Below the pieces are notes generated by a model. It was not told where the DNA came from. It did not search any database and saw only the letters and a list, made by a program, of their open reading frames with translations. The translations under genes and the position numbers were made by a program. A stretch of 64,000 nt of DNA, taken from the NCBI GenBank assembly GCA_035534855.1, contig DATLRD010000090.1, positions 1,349 through 65,348 of the forward strand, written 5' to 3'. Positions 38,348-47,505 of the stretch are shown in pieces; position 1 is the first letter of the stretch, and every line of letters begins with the position of its first letter. Origin of the DNA: Stellaceae bacterium. Lineage in GTDB: Bacteria > Pseudomonadota > Alphaproteobacteria > ATCC43930 > CGMCC-115725.

Positions 38348-40000
38348 ATGACGACGGTCCGCATCACCTCAGCAAAGGGTGGCGTCGAGGCGCCAGGTCG
38401 CGGCGTCGGCGCCGGACACGCGGCGGACTCCGGCGATGCCGATGGTAGCTTTGCCGCAGCGCTCGGGGCACTGGCTGCGCCGGCCGTCCCGTCGGCGCAG
38501 CCTCGCCAGCCCGGCACCGAGGCGGGCCTCGGCGACGCCGCCGGTGGGAGCGACGGCGGCCAGCAGACGACCGCCGATGCCGCCACCGGTGATGCTGCCG
38601 GCCGGGACGGCTCCGCCGCGATCGGCGCGAACTCTCAGCCGGCGTCCTCGATTCTGGCCGCCGACAACAGCGCGGCCGCCTCTGTCCTTGGCATGCCCGG
38701 CGCCTGGGCGATCGGCGCCGGAGACGACGGCTCGGCGGGGACGGTGGGGGGCCAGCCGGTTTCCGGCCGCCGGCCGGTCGCTGCCCCCGGAGCCGACGCG
38801 ACCAAGGCGGCGGTCGGAGCCGCCCTCGACGCGGCGGTAACGGTCTCGGCAGGTCAGCCGGCACCGGTCGCGCCGGCGCCTGCAGCCGCCGGCAACTCGC
38901 CGGCGGGTTTGCGCGCGGCCGCTTCAGTGAGTTCGGCGGCGCCCACCCCGCTTTCAACGGACCCGGCGATCAGTCCGCGAGCGACGATTGGCGCAGTCGG
39001 CGCGTCGGCCCAAGGAGGTCCGACGCCCTCTCTCGCCTCGCGGCAGGCAGCACCTTCGGCCCCGATACCGCAACAAGCCCCGGCATCACAACAGACCCCG
39101 GCATCGCTGCAGGTCCTGGCATCGCTGCAGGCCTCGACCTCGGTGCCGACCCGAAACGACCCTACCCATTCTCCCGCAGCGCTGTCGGGCACGACATCGG
39201 GGCTCGCCACGGCGGCTCCGCCGTTGGGCATAGCCGACGTCGCGGCCGCCTCCGCCGCATTGGTCGGTGGCCCGGCGGATGCCGGGGCGCCGAACAGGGC
39301 GACGGATCGGTCGGCCGCGCCCGCCGTGCCTGACGCCGGGGCGATCGCGGCGCCGAGCCGGCCGGAAGCGGCGGCGCCGACGATCGGCGCGATGCTGGCC
39401 GATGCGGTTGCCGCCGGCGCGGCGCACGGAAACGGCTCGGGCGCGACCTCGCCGGGCGCAGGCGACCGGGGCCGCAATGCAACGGTGTTTGCGGTCGCGG
39501 CCGGCCAGGACGGCAGCGGAAACCCTCCGGCGCGCGGTGTCGACCCGGCTAGTGCCGGCGCGGCGGCCGGCCCTCCGGCGCCGGATGCCGGTGCCGCGAC
39601 CACCGCCGATCTCGCCGATCGGCTGTCGCACCAGATCGTCCGGCTGCTCGCCAACTCGGATCGCTCGGCGGTGGTCCGGCTGCACCCGCCCGAGCTCGGG
39701 GAGGTAACCGTGCGGGTGGCGGTCGAAGGGCGCGACGTTACCGCCTGGTTCGGCGCACCGCAGCCGCTGGTGCAGCAGACGATTTCGCAGGCAATCGGCC
39801 AGCTTCACGCTGACCTCGGCAGTGCCGGCTACAACCTCAGCGGCGCCTGGGTTGGCGCCGATGCGTCGGGCTCCGGCGGCGGCGGCGCCAACGTGCCGTT
39901 GCCGTCGCCGGCCGCCCTGCCCGCGGGACCAAATTTCGCGACTGCCCGCGTCGCCCCCGCGGCGCCACGGGGCGGATCGGGAGTGAGCATCTATGTCTGA
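38348..40000 (+). CDS. fliK: flagellar hook-length control protein FliK
   Basis: 550 aa. A long Ala/Pro/Ser/Gly-rich N-terminal region, then a C-terminal Flg_hook domain (VVRLHPPELGEVTVRVAVEGRDVTAWFGAPQPLVQQTISQAIGQLHADL). Confidence 0.75.
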   Translation: MTTVRITSAKGGVEAPGRGVGAGHAADSGDADGSFAAALGALAAPAVPSAQPRQPGTEAGLGDAAGGSDGGQQTTADAATGDAAGRDGSAAIGANSQPASSILAADNSAAASVLGMPGAWAIGAGDDGSAGTVGGQPVSGRRPVAAPGADATKAAVGAALDAAVTVSAGQPAPVAPAPAAAGNSPAGLRAAASVSSAAPTPLSTDPAISPRATIGAVGASAQGGPTPSLASRQAAPSAPIPQQAPASQQTPASLQVLASLQASTSVPTRNDPTHSPAALSGTTSGLATAAPPLGIADVAAASAALVGGPADAGAPNRATDRSAAPAVPDAGAIAAPSRPEAAAPTIGAMLADAVAAGAAHGNGSGATSPGAGDRGRNATVFAVAAGQDGSGNPPARGVDPASAGAAAGPPAPDAGAATTADLADRLSHQIVRLLANSDRSAVVRLHPPELGEVTVRVAVEGRDVTAWFGAPQPLVQQTISQAIGQLHADLGSAGYNLSGAWVGADASGSGGGGANVPLPSPAALPAGPNFATARVAPAAPRGGSGVSIYV

Positions 40001-40940
40001 CGTGAGGGAAGGGGCGGGCCCGGTCAGCGGCTATGCCCTGTTCACCGATCAGGGACCGACCGCCACTCGGATGCCGACCGTGCAGCCGACGCTGGAACGG
40101 ATCAACGATCGGTTTTCGCGGTTCCTGCGCGCGACCCTGCTGCAGCATCTGCGGCGCGGCGTCGAGGTCAGCAGCGGCAGCATCGAACTGGTCAGGCACC
40201 GCGAGCTGATAGAGCGGTTCGCGATGCCGACCTACATCGCCCTCGTCAACATGAAGCCGCTGCACGGCGCGATCCTGATCGCGCTCGATTCACAGCTCGT
40301 CGTCTCAATCGTCGAGAGCCGCTTCGGCGGCACCGGGCGTTTTCCGATGCGCACCGGCAACCGCGACTTCACGGCGTTCGAACTGAAGTCGATGCGCCGG
40401 GTCCTCGACGCGACGCTGGACCAGTTCGCGCTCGCCTGGGAGCCGTTCGGTACCTTCGAGCCGGAGGTCGCGCGGCTGGAGACCAACCCGCAATTCGCCG
40501 GGTTCGCTCCCCCCGAGGAAATGATCATCCTCAACGCCTTCGAGGTGCAGATCGATCATAATCGCGGCCGGCTGGACATCTGTATCCCGTATCCGGCGGT
40601 TGAGCCGATGCACGGCGAACTCACCTCGGGCATCGCCGAGGACACCGTCGAGCGCGACATTCGCTGGTCGGAGGAGTTGCGCAGCGGCGTAGAACAGGCG
40701 GCGATCACCCTCAATGTCGAGCTCGGCGAGATCGTGATCAGCGTCGCTGACCTCGTTGGGCTGCGGCCCGGCAACGTCTTCGAGATGGACCGGCCCGAGA
40801 CCCTGACCGTCGAGTCCGGTGGCGTTCCGTTGTTTCGCGGCCGTTGGGGCCGCTACGGCCGCAAGATCGGCTTGCGCATCGAGGAGCGGCTGAGCCGGCC
40901 GCCAGAACCGCGGAAGAACGGAGGCGTCCATGGCCGATGA
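39993..40940 (+). CDS. fliM: flagellar motor switch protein FliM
   Basis: 315 aa. LERINDRFSRFLRATLLQHL..., FTAFELKSMRRVLD and a C-terminal SpoA-like domain. Confidence 0.9.
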   Translation: MSDVREGAGPVSGYALFTDQGPTATRMPTVQPTLERINDRFSRFLRATLLQHLRRGVEVSSGSIELVRHRELIERFAMPTYIALVNMKPLHGAILIALDSQLVVSIVESRFGGTGRFPMRTGNRDFTAFELKSMRRVLDATLDQFALAWEPFGTFEPEVARLETNPQFAGFAPPEEMIILNAFEVQIDHNRGRLDICIPYPAVEPMHGELTSGIAEDTVERDIRWSEELRSGVEQAAITLNVELGEIVISVADLVGLRPGNVFEMDRPETLTVESGGVPLFRGRWGRYGRKIGLRIEERLSRPPEPRKNGGVHGR

Positions 40941-41337
40941 TACGCCACAAGGCGGCGCCGAGATGCCGCAAGCGACAGACGGTGATGCACCCGGCGGAGA
41001 GTCGCCGTTTGCCGCGCTCGAAATGCAGGGCGAGGCGATCGCCGGCGCGCCGGTTGGCGAGGTGGGGGCACTCGATCTCGTGCTCGACGTGCCGGTGCGG
41101 CTGTCGGTCGAGCTGGGCCGCACCGACATCGCGATCCGCGAGGTCGTCAATCTCGGCCGGGGCTCGATCATCGAGCTCGACCGCGGCCCGGGCATGCCGC
41201 TCGACGTGCGGATTAACGGGGTGCTGATCGGCCGCGGCGAGGTCGTGCTGGTCAACCAGGATCGGCTTGGGCTGCGCTTTGTCGAGGTGGTGAGCCAGGC
41301 GGAACGGGTGAAGCGGTTGGGTTCGCGGTCAGGTTAG
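40930..41337 (+). CDS. fliN: flagellar motor switch protein FliN
   Basis: 135 aa. SpoA domain LDLVLDVPVRLSVELGRTDIAIREVVNLGRGSIIELDR...PLDVRINGVLIGRGEVV. Confidence 0.9.
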   Translation: MADDTPQGGAEMPQATDGDAPGGESPFAALEMQGEAIAGAPVGEVGALDLVLDVPVRLSVELGRTDIAIREVVNLGRGSIIELDRGPGMPLDVRINGVLIGRGEVVLVNQDRLGLRFVEVVSQAERVKRLGSRSG

Positions 41338-41394
41338 CGGTCGGGGGTTGTCGGTGTGTCAGGGGACGCGCTGACGGCCGGTTCGGAGGGGTGA

Positions 41395-41658
41395 ATGGGG
41401 GAAATGTCCGAGGCGGGGCACGCGGCGCTGCTGACGATTTTTAACGTCTCAAGCCCGCTGCTCGCCGTGATCATGGTGATCGGGGTGGTGGTCGCGGTGT
41501 TCCTCGCGGTCACCCAGATCAACGAGCCGACCCTCAGCTTCGTGCCGAAATTCTTCGGCACCGCCCTGGCGCTGGCGCTGCTGGGTCCCTGGCTCTTACG
41601 TCAGCTTGAGCAGTTCACGATCATGATCCTGTCCGGGCTGCCAGGGATGCTGTCGTGA
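41395..41658 (+). CDS. fliQ: flagellar export-gate protein FliQ, copy 1 (non-canonical position)
   Basis: 87 aa: ...SSPLLAVIMVIGVVVAVFLAVTQINEPTLSFVPKFFGTALALALLGPWLLRQL..., closely parallel to E. coli FliQ (ATQINEMTLSFIPK...GPWML). GTGA overlap into flhA. Confidence 0.8.
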   Translation: MGEMSEAGHAALLTIFNVSSPLLAVIMVIGVVVAVFLAVTQINEPTLSFVPKFFGTALALALLGPWLLRQLEQFTIMILSGLPGMLS

Positions 41659-43772
41659 CCGTCCCCGCGGTGCCGGTCGCCTCCGGCTCCCCGTTCGCAG
41701 CGTGGCGCCGGCACCTGCCGTCGCTCGCCGGGCCCGGCGCGTTCGTGATGATCCTGGCGATGGTGGTGGTGCCGCTGCCGCCGCTGGCGCTCGATTTCCT
41801 GTTCACGTTCAACATCTGCTTTGGGTTGATGATCCTGCTGGCGGCGCTCTACACCGCCAAGCCGACGGATTTCTCGTCGTTTCCCAGCCTGTTGTTGATG
41901 ACGACGCTGCTGCGGCTGTCGCTTAACGTCGCTGCCGCACGGGTGATCCTGCTCGACGGCTACCAGGGTTCGGCCGCCGCCGGCCGGGTCATCGAATCGT
42001 TCGGCGCCTTTGTCGTCGGCGGCAACTATGCAGTCGGCATCGCGGTATTCGCGATCCTCGTCATCATCAATTTCGTCGTCGTCACCAAAGGCGCCGGTCG
42101 CATTGCCGAGGTCGCGGCGCGCTTTGTGCTCGACGGCATGCCCGGCAAGCAGATGGCGATCGACGCCGACCTCAATGCCGGGCAGATCAACCAGGAGCAG
42201 GCGACCGCGCGACGCCAGGAGGTCGGCCGCGAGGCGGATTTCTTCGGGGCGATGGATGGCGCCAGCAAGTTCGTCCGCGGCGACGCGGTCGCGGCGGTGC
42301 TGATCCTGGCCATCAACCTGGTCGGCGGCCTGGTGATCGGCGTGTGGCAGCACGGGCTGTCGATGGCCGAAGCCGGCCAGACCTACACCCTGCTGACGAT
42401 GGGTGACGGGCTGGTCGCGCAGATCCCGGCGCTGGTCATCTCGTCGGCGGCCGCCATCGTCGTCAGCCGGGTCTCCACCGGGTCCGATGTCGGCCACCAG
42501 ATCATGTCGCAGCTCGCGACGTTTCCGAAGGCGTGGGGCATCGCTGCCGGAATCGTCGGGCTGTTCGGGCTGGTACCCGGAATGCCGCATTTCCCGTTTC
42601 TCAGTTTTGCCGCGGTGCTCGGGACAAGCGGCTGGTGGCTCGGCCGCGAGCAGGCGCGCGCCGCGCAGGCGCCGCCGCCCCCGCCCGAGGTGCCGGCCGA
42701 CAGCGGCGAGATCGATATCGGTGTCGTCGAGCTGGTCGAGCCGCTCGAAGTGCAGGTCGGCTACCGCCTGGTCAGCCTCGTCAGCAAAGAGCGCGATGCC
42801 GGGTTGCTGCGCCGCTTGCGGGCGGTACGGCGCCAGGTATCGCGCGAGTTCGGGTTTCTGGTGCCGGTCGTCCACGTGCGCGACAACCCCGACCTGCGCT
42901 CGACCGCCTACCGCATCCTCGTCTACGGCGTCGAGCGCGCGACCGGCGAGGTTCACCCCGACCGGCTGTTGGCGATGGCGTCGGGCAAGGTCCTGGGCGA
43001 GGTGCAGGGTATCCTCGCCCGCGACCCGGTGTTCGGCCGGCCGGCGCACTGGATCATGCCGGCGGCGGCCGAGCAGGCGCGCGCCGCCGGCTATACGGTG
43101 TTCGACGCCGCGGTGGTCATCGCCACCCATTTCGAGCGGGTCGTCAAAGATCATATCGACGGGCTGTTCGGCCGGACGGAACTGGACGCCGTGCTCGGCT
43201 ATCTCGGCAAGGTGATGCCGAAAATCGTCGAGGAACTGACCCCGAAACTGCTGCCGCTGACCACGGTGCACATGGTACTCGGCGCCCTCTTGGCCGAGCA
43301 CCTGCCGATCCGCGACCTGCGCACGATCGTCGGCGCGCTGATCGACGGCGCGGCGGTGACGCAGGAGCCGAGGGCGCTGCTCGAAGCGGTCCGCGTCAGG
43401 CTCGGCGGGTTCATCGTGCAGACCGTGTTCGGCGCGGTCGCCGAGCTGACGGTGATGTCGCTCGAACCCGATCTCGAGCGGCTGCTGCAGGAAGTGCTGC
43501 GGCTGTCGGCCGGCACCGGCTCGTTCGCGGTCGAGCCAGGGCTGGCGGCCGAACTGCGCACCGCGGCAGCCGCGGCCGCGGTGCGCCTGGAGGCGGTGGC
43601 CCCGGCGGCCGCGGTCATCGTCCGCGCCGAGCTGCGCGATCTCCTGACCCAGCTGCTGCGCCCAGTGCGGCCGCGCATGTGGGTGCTGTCATACGCCGAA
43701 ATCCCGCCCGAGAAGAGCATCCGGGTCGTCGAGCTGCTCGGCCGCTCGGCAGGAAAGATCCATGGCGACTGA
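41655..43772 (+). CDS. flhA: flagellar export apparatus protein FlhA
   Basis: 705 aa with the conserved FHIPEP region (SFPSLLLMTTLLRLSLNVAAARVILL, GKQMAIDADLNAG) and a large cytoplasmic domain. Confidence 0.95.
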   Translation: MTVPAVPVASGSPFAAWRRHLPSLAGPGAFVMILAMVVVPLPPLALDFLFTFNICFGLMILLAALYTAKPTDFSSFPSLLLMTTLLRLSLNVAAARVILLDGYQGSAAAGRVIESFGAFVVGGNYAVGIAVFAILVIINFVVVTKGAGRIAEVAARFVLDGMPGKQMAIDADLNAGQINQEQATARRQEVGREADFFGAMDGASKFVRGDAVAAVLILAINLVGGLVIGVWQHGLSMAEAGQTYTLLTMGDGLVAQIPALVISSAAAIVVSRVSTGSDVGHQIMSQLATFPKAWGIAAGIVGLFGLVPGMPHFPFLSFAAVLGTSGWWLGREQARAAQAPPPPPEVPADSGEIDIGVVELVEPLEVQVGYRLVSLVSKERDAGLLRRLRAVRRQVSREFGFLVPVVHVRDNPDLRSTAYRILVYGVERATGEVHPDRLLAMASGKVLGEVQGILARDPVFGRPAHWIMPAAAEQARAAGYTVFDAAVVIATHFERVVKDHIDGLFGRTELDAVLGYLGKVMPKIVEELTPKLLPLTTVHMVLGALLAEHLPIRDLRTIVGALIDGAAVTQEPRALLEAVRVRLGGFIVQTVFGAVAELTVMSLEPDLERLLQEVLRLSAGTGSFAVEPGLAAELRTAAAAAAVRLEAVAPAAAVIVRAELRDLLTQLLRPVRPRMWVLSYAEIPPEKSIRVVELLGRSAGKIHGD

Positions 43773-44559
43773 ACCCGCGGCAACGCTCGACGCCCCGGCG
43801 CAGGGCGAGGCGGTGTCGCCCGCTTCGGAGTTTCGCGCCGCCTACTGCGCCGAACTCGACGAGGCCGGAATCATCCGCCGCTACGTACCGCTGGTTAAGC
43901 GGCTGGCGATGCACCTTAAGGGCCGGCTGCCGGAAAGCGTGCAGCTCGACGATTTGGTGCAGGCCGGGCTGATCGCCGTGCTGCGGATCATGCGCCAGGG
44001 CGGGGCCGCGCAGATCCGCGACCCGCCGCTGCACCGCTCGATCATCAACGCGATGATCGATGAGGCGCGGCGCGAGGCCTGGGCGCCGGTGCGGATCGTC
44101 CGTCTCGCCAAGGCGGCGGCGCAGGCGATGCGTGCACTCAAGCTGCGCCTCGGGCGCGAGGCGGATGACGACGAGGTCGCCGCCGAGCTTGGCATGGAGC
44201 TGCGCGAATACCACGCCGCGCTGGTCGAGGTCGCCGGGATCAGGCTGCTGCCGATCGACCAGGTGGAAAGCGGCGAAGACGGCGGGCTTCATGCGCCGGA
44301 GAACCAGGACGCAAGCCTCGACCGCAGCCGCATGCTCGCCGATCTGGCGCGGTCAATCGCGGCGCTGCCGGAGCGCGAGAAGCTGGTCGTGTCGCTCTAT
44401 TACGAGCACGAACTGAACATGGACGAGGTCGGCAAGGTGCTCGGCCTCGACAAATCTACGGTGTGCCGGGTCCACGGCCGGGCCCTGCTGATGCTGCGCG
44501 CCGCACTGGGCGGCTGGGGCGCCGCGGGCGAGCCCCGGCGGCCGGCGGCGGGAGGGTAG
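43762..44559 (+). CDS. fliA: flagellar sigma-28 factor FliA
   Basis: 265 aa with sigma70 region 2 (YVPLVKRLAMHLKGRLPESVQLDDLVQAGLIA) and region 4 (LPEREKLVVSLYYEHELNMDEVGKVLGLDKSTVCRVH). Confidence 0.9.
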   Translation: MATEPAATLDAPAQGEAVSPASEFRAAYCAELDEAGIIRRYVPLVKRLAMHLKGRLPESVQLDDLVQAGLIAVLRIMRQGGAAQIRDPPLHRSIINAMIDEARREAWAPVRIVRLAKAAAQAMRALKLRLGREADDDEVAAELGMELREYHAALVEVAGIRLLPIDQVESGEDGGLHAPENQDASLDRSRMLADLARSIAALPEREKLVVSLYYEHELNMDEVGKVLGLDKSTVCRVHGRALLMLRAALGGWGAAGEPRRPAAGG

Positions 44560-44562
44560 GGC

Positions 44563-45375
44563 TTGGATATCCTGTCGTTTATCGGGCTGGCGCTGGGTTT
44601 CGGAGCGATCATCGTGTCGATGACGCTCGATGGCGGCAACCTATTGGCGTTGCTGCAATTGTCGGCGGCGGTCATCGTCGGCGGCGGAACCTTCGGGGCG
44701 GTGCTTCTGCAGACCCCGATGTCGGTTTTCATGCGCGGCATGAAAATGGCCATCTGGGTGTTTTTTCCGCCGCGCGACGACCGCGAAGAGCGGCTGCACC
44801 TGCTCACCGATTGGCTGCGCATCGCCCGGCACCAGTTCGTGCTCGCGCTCGACCCGGTCGCCGAGCAGCAGACCGATCCGTTTATGCGCCAGGGGCTGCG
44901 CCTTGTCGTCGACGGGATGGATGCGGCGCAGATCCGCACCGTGCTCGAGTCGATCATCACCACCCAGGGGCACGAGGAAAAGCTGGGCGCAGAGATTTAC
45001 GAGGCGATGGGCGGCTATGCACCGACCGTTGGCATTCTCGGCGCGGTGATGGGGCTGATCACCGTGATGTCGCACCTCGATGATCCGTCGAAATTGGGCA
45101 GCGGAATCGCCACCGCCTTTGTCGCCACCGTCTACGGCGTCGCCAGCGCCAACCTGGTGTGCCTGCCGATCGCCGGAAAGCTGAAACTGATCGTACGCCG
45201 CCGCATGCGGACGCTGGAGATGGTGACCGAAGGCATGGTCGGCATCGCCATCATGGAAAGCCCGCTGCAACTCGAAATGCGGCTGCGCAGCTATCTCGAA
45301 GACGCGAAGGGCGAGCCGTCCTCCGGCGGCGAAGACGCGGCGGCGCCAAGTGCGGCCGCGGCGCCGGCGGAATAG
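44563..45375 (+). CDS. motA: flagellar stator protein MotA
   Basis: 270 aa, TTG start, 4-TM MotA/TolQ/ExbB pattern (...YAPTVGILGAVMGLITVM...IATAFVATVYGVASANLVCLPIAGKL). Confidence 0.88.
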   Translation: MDILSFIGLALGFGAIIVSMTLDGGNLLALLQLSAAVIVGGGTFGAVLLQTPMSVFMRGMKMAIWVFFPPRDDREERLHLLTDWLRIARHQFVLALDPVAEQQTDPFMRQGLRLVVDGMDAAQIRTVLESIITTQGHEEKLGAEIYEAMGGYAPTVGILGAVMGLITVMSHLDDPSKLGSGIATAFVATVYGVASANLVCLPIAGKLKLIVRRRMRTLEMVTEGMVGIAIMESPLQLEMRLRSYLEDAKGEPSSGGEDAAAPSAAAAPAE

Positions 45376-45396
45376 CGGTCGGCAAAAGGAGGAAGC

Positions 45397-46443
45397 ATGG
45401 CGATCCACGAAGAACCGGAAAAACCGCCAAACCACGAGCGCTGGATCATTTCCTACGCCGACTTCACGACCCTGCTGCTCGCCACGTTTGTGGTGATGTA
45501 CGCGGTTTCCAGCATCAACTCGTCGAAATTTCAGGAGATGGCCGAGGCGTTCTCCACCGCCTTCATGGGCCGGACCATGACGATCCAGGCCTCGGGCTTT
45601 GCTGCGGAGAACAAATCGCCGTTCGATTTCATGCCGTCGCCGGTGCATCTGCCGATCATCACCCGGCAGGTTCACGTCAAAAACATGCCGATCGCGATCC
45701 GCGAACAAGAGCCGGAGCGTGCCAAGCCGCACGGCCGCCCCGATCAGCCCCAGGCACCGGCGCCGTCGACCGTCGCGCCGCCGGAGCAGCAAAACAAGCC
45801 GCCAGCGTCGCCGACCGCGGTGCCGCTTCCGGTTCCGTCGACCGAGGGGCTCAACGCGTCGCCCGATCTGAAAACCGACATCACCAACCGGGTTGAGCAG
45901 ATCGACAAGGCGTTTCAACAGCTTCGCGTCGCGCTGGCGCCGCTGATCGGCACCGGCCAAGTGCACGTGTCGCTGCAATCGCTCGGCGTGGTCATAGACA
46001 TCAACGAGGTGCTGCTGTTCAACAGCGGCAAGGCCGACCTGACCCCGAAAGCGCTGCCGCTGGTCGACCAGATCGCCTTGATCCTCAAGGGATTGCCGTA
46101 TCAGATCCAGGTCAACGGGTTTACCGACAACGCGCCGATCCACAACGTGCAGTTCGATTCGAACTGGGACCTTTCGGCGACCCGGGCGATCTCGGTGGTC
46201 AAGCGGTTCGTGACCGCCGGGGTCGACCCGACCCGACTGGTCGGGGCCGGGTTCGGCAAATACCACCCGATCGCGTCGAACGCCACGGCGCAGGGCAAGG
46301 CGATGAACCGCCGGGTGTCGATCGTCGTGGTCTCGCCGGTGCAGCGGACGAGCCCCGCGAAGACGCCGATGATGGGCCCGTCGCGCACCCCCGCGCCGCC
46401 GGGGCCGCCGCTCCCGGCGGCCAAGCCGTCGCCGCCGGGTTGA
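45397..46443 (+). CDS. motB: flagellar stator protein MotB (OmpA-like C-terminus)
   Basis: 348 aa. N-terminus ERWIISYADFTTLLLATFVVMYA holds the plug, the TM and the conserved Asp. OmpA-like domain (FNSGKADLTP...NGFTDNAPI...SNWDLSATRA...NRRVSIVV). Confidence 0.88.
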   Translation: MAIHEEPEKPPNHERWIISYADFTTLLLATFVVMYAVSSINSSKFQEMAEAFSTAFMGRTMTIQASGFAAENKSPFDFMPSPVHLPIITRQVHVKNMPIAIREQEPERAKPHGRPDQPQAPAPSTVAPPEQQNKPPASPTAVPLPVPSTEGLNASPDLKTDITNRVEQIDKAFQQLRVALAPLIGTGQVHVSLQSLGVVIDINEVLLFNSGKADLTPKALPLVDQIALILKGLPYQIQVNGFTDNAPIHNVQFDSNWDLSATRAISVVKRFVTAGVDPTRLVGAGFGKYHPIASNATAQGKAMNRRVSIVVVSPVQRTSPAKTPMMGPSRTPAPPGPPLPAAKPSPPG

Positions 46444-46467
46444 CGCGGGTCGGACAGCAGCGCCGCG

Positions 46468-46755
46468 ATGGCCAAGAAAAGCGCGAAATCCCAAAAGGCA
46501 GCACCGCCGCGCAAACCGCTGCGGCCGGTGCTGTTGGCGGGCGGGCTCGGGCTGGTCTGGTTCATCGAGTTCCAGCAGCCGGTCATGGCGCTGCCGGGCG
46601 GGCCGCCCTGGAGCTATGCGCTGGTTATCGGGATGCGCCTCTTGGCCGACGTCGTGTGCGCCCGGCTGCTGATCGCGCTCGCCCAATTGGTCTTCGCCGC
46701 CGGACGGCTCGGGCTGGCACGGCTGCGCATCCAACTGAATCGGGATGTCCTATGA
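46468..46755 (+). CDS. hypothetical small membrane protein embedded in the flagellar operon (orf95)
   Basis: 95 aa. A basic N-terminus (MAKKSAKSQKAAPPRKPLRP) then two hydrophobic segments. High GC3. ATGA overlap with fliH. The competing frame (the 5' extension of fliH) is Arg-rich junk. Confidence 0.6.
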   Translation: MAKKSAKSQKAAPPRKPLRPVLLAGGLGLVWFIEFQQPVMALPGGPPWSYALVIGMRLLADVVCARLLIALAQLVFAAGRLGLARLRIQLNRDVL

Positions 46756-47504
46756 ATTCGCGCTTGAACCTTGCCGACGCGGCGATCCGACGGTGGCAAT
46801 TTCCGATGCTCGACACCGCGCGGCCCGAAGAACGGGCGGCTCCGCCCGAGCGCCCCGACCCGCCGCCCGAACCGCCGCCGGTCCCGCCGGCGCCCGAGCC
46901 CGAGGCGGTCGCCGCGATGATCGGCGAGCGGATCAAGGAGGGCTATGCCGAGGGCTTGCAGCGCGGCTATGCCGAAGGCCGCGAGCAGGGTCACGCGGCC
47001 GGGGTCGCGGTGGCCCAGGCGGAGCGCGACCGCGCCGCAGCCGAGGCTCAGCACCTCGCGGCGATCGTCAATCGCCTCGGCGAGCCGATCGCTGCGCTGC
47101 AGCGCCCGGTCGAGGAAGCGATCGCCGCGCTGGCGCTGGAAATCGCCCGTTGCGTGATCGGCAACGAGGTAAGCCGCTCGCACGAATATCTGGTCCGCCT
47201 GATCCGCGAGGCGGTCGCCAAGGTGCCGATCGAGATGGGGGCGCCCCGCGTGCTGCTGAACCCGGCCGATCTCGACCTCGTCCGCGACCTCGCCCCCGAC
47301 ATCGGCAACAACCGGGTCGCGCTGGTCGCCGACGAGACGATGGAGGCCGGCGGCTGCCTGGTGGTGGCAGACGGCGAGAGCGGGCCGATCGCCGACCGGC
47401 GCTGGCATCCGCGGGGCGGCGAGGGCGTCTCGCAGGTCGACCTTACCCTCGCCTCGCGCTGGCGCAGCGTGATCCTGACCTTGTTCGAGGGCGAGGAGGA
47501 TTGA
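46752..47504 (+). CDS. fliH: flagellar export protein FliH
   Basis: 250 aa from ATG 46752. FliH-type repeat region (KEGYAEGLQRGYAEGREQGHAAG) and C-terminal domain. Immediately precedes fliI. Confidence 0.8.
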   Translation: MNSRLNLADAAIRRWQFPMLDTARPEERAAPPERPDPPPEPPPVPPAPEPEAVAAMIGERIKEGYAEGLQRGYAEGREQGHAAGVAVAQAERDRAAAEAQHLAAIVNRLGEPIAALQRPVEEAIAALALEIARCVIGNEVSRSHEYLVRLIREAVAKVPIEMGAPRVLLNPADLDLVRDLAPDIGNNRVALVADETMEAGGCLVVADGESGPIADRRWHPRGGEGVSQVDLTLASRWRSVILTLFEGEED

Positions 47505-47505
47505 G

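Noticed and set aside
41601-43301. 566-aa minus-strand ORF antisense to flhA, and the similar 56879-58921 ORF antisense to flgE, flgF and flgG
   Set aside because: Same reasoning: junk-like composition opposite strongly conserved flagellar genes.
44641-46734. 697-aa minus-strand ORF antisense to motA, motB and orf95
   Set aside because: It overlaps three well-supported plus-strand genes. Its composition is dominated by Arg, Gly, Asp and His. No domain was recognised.
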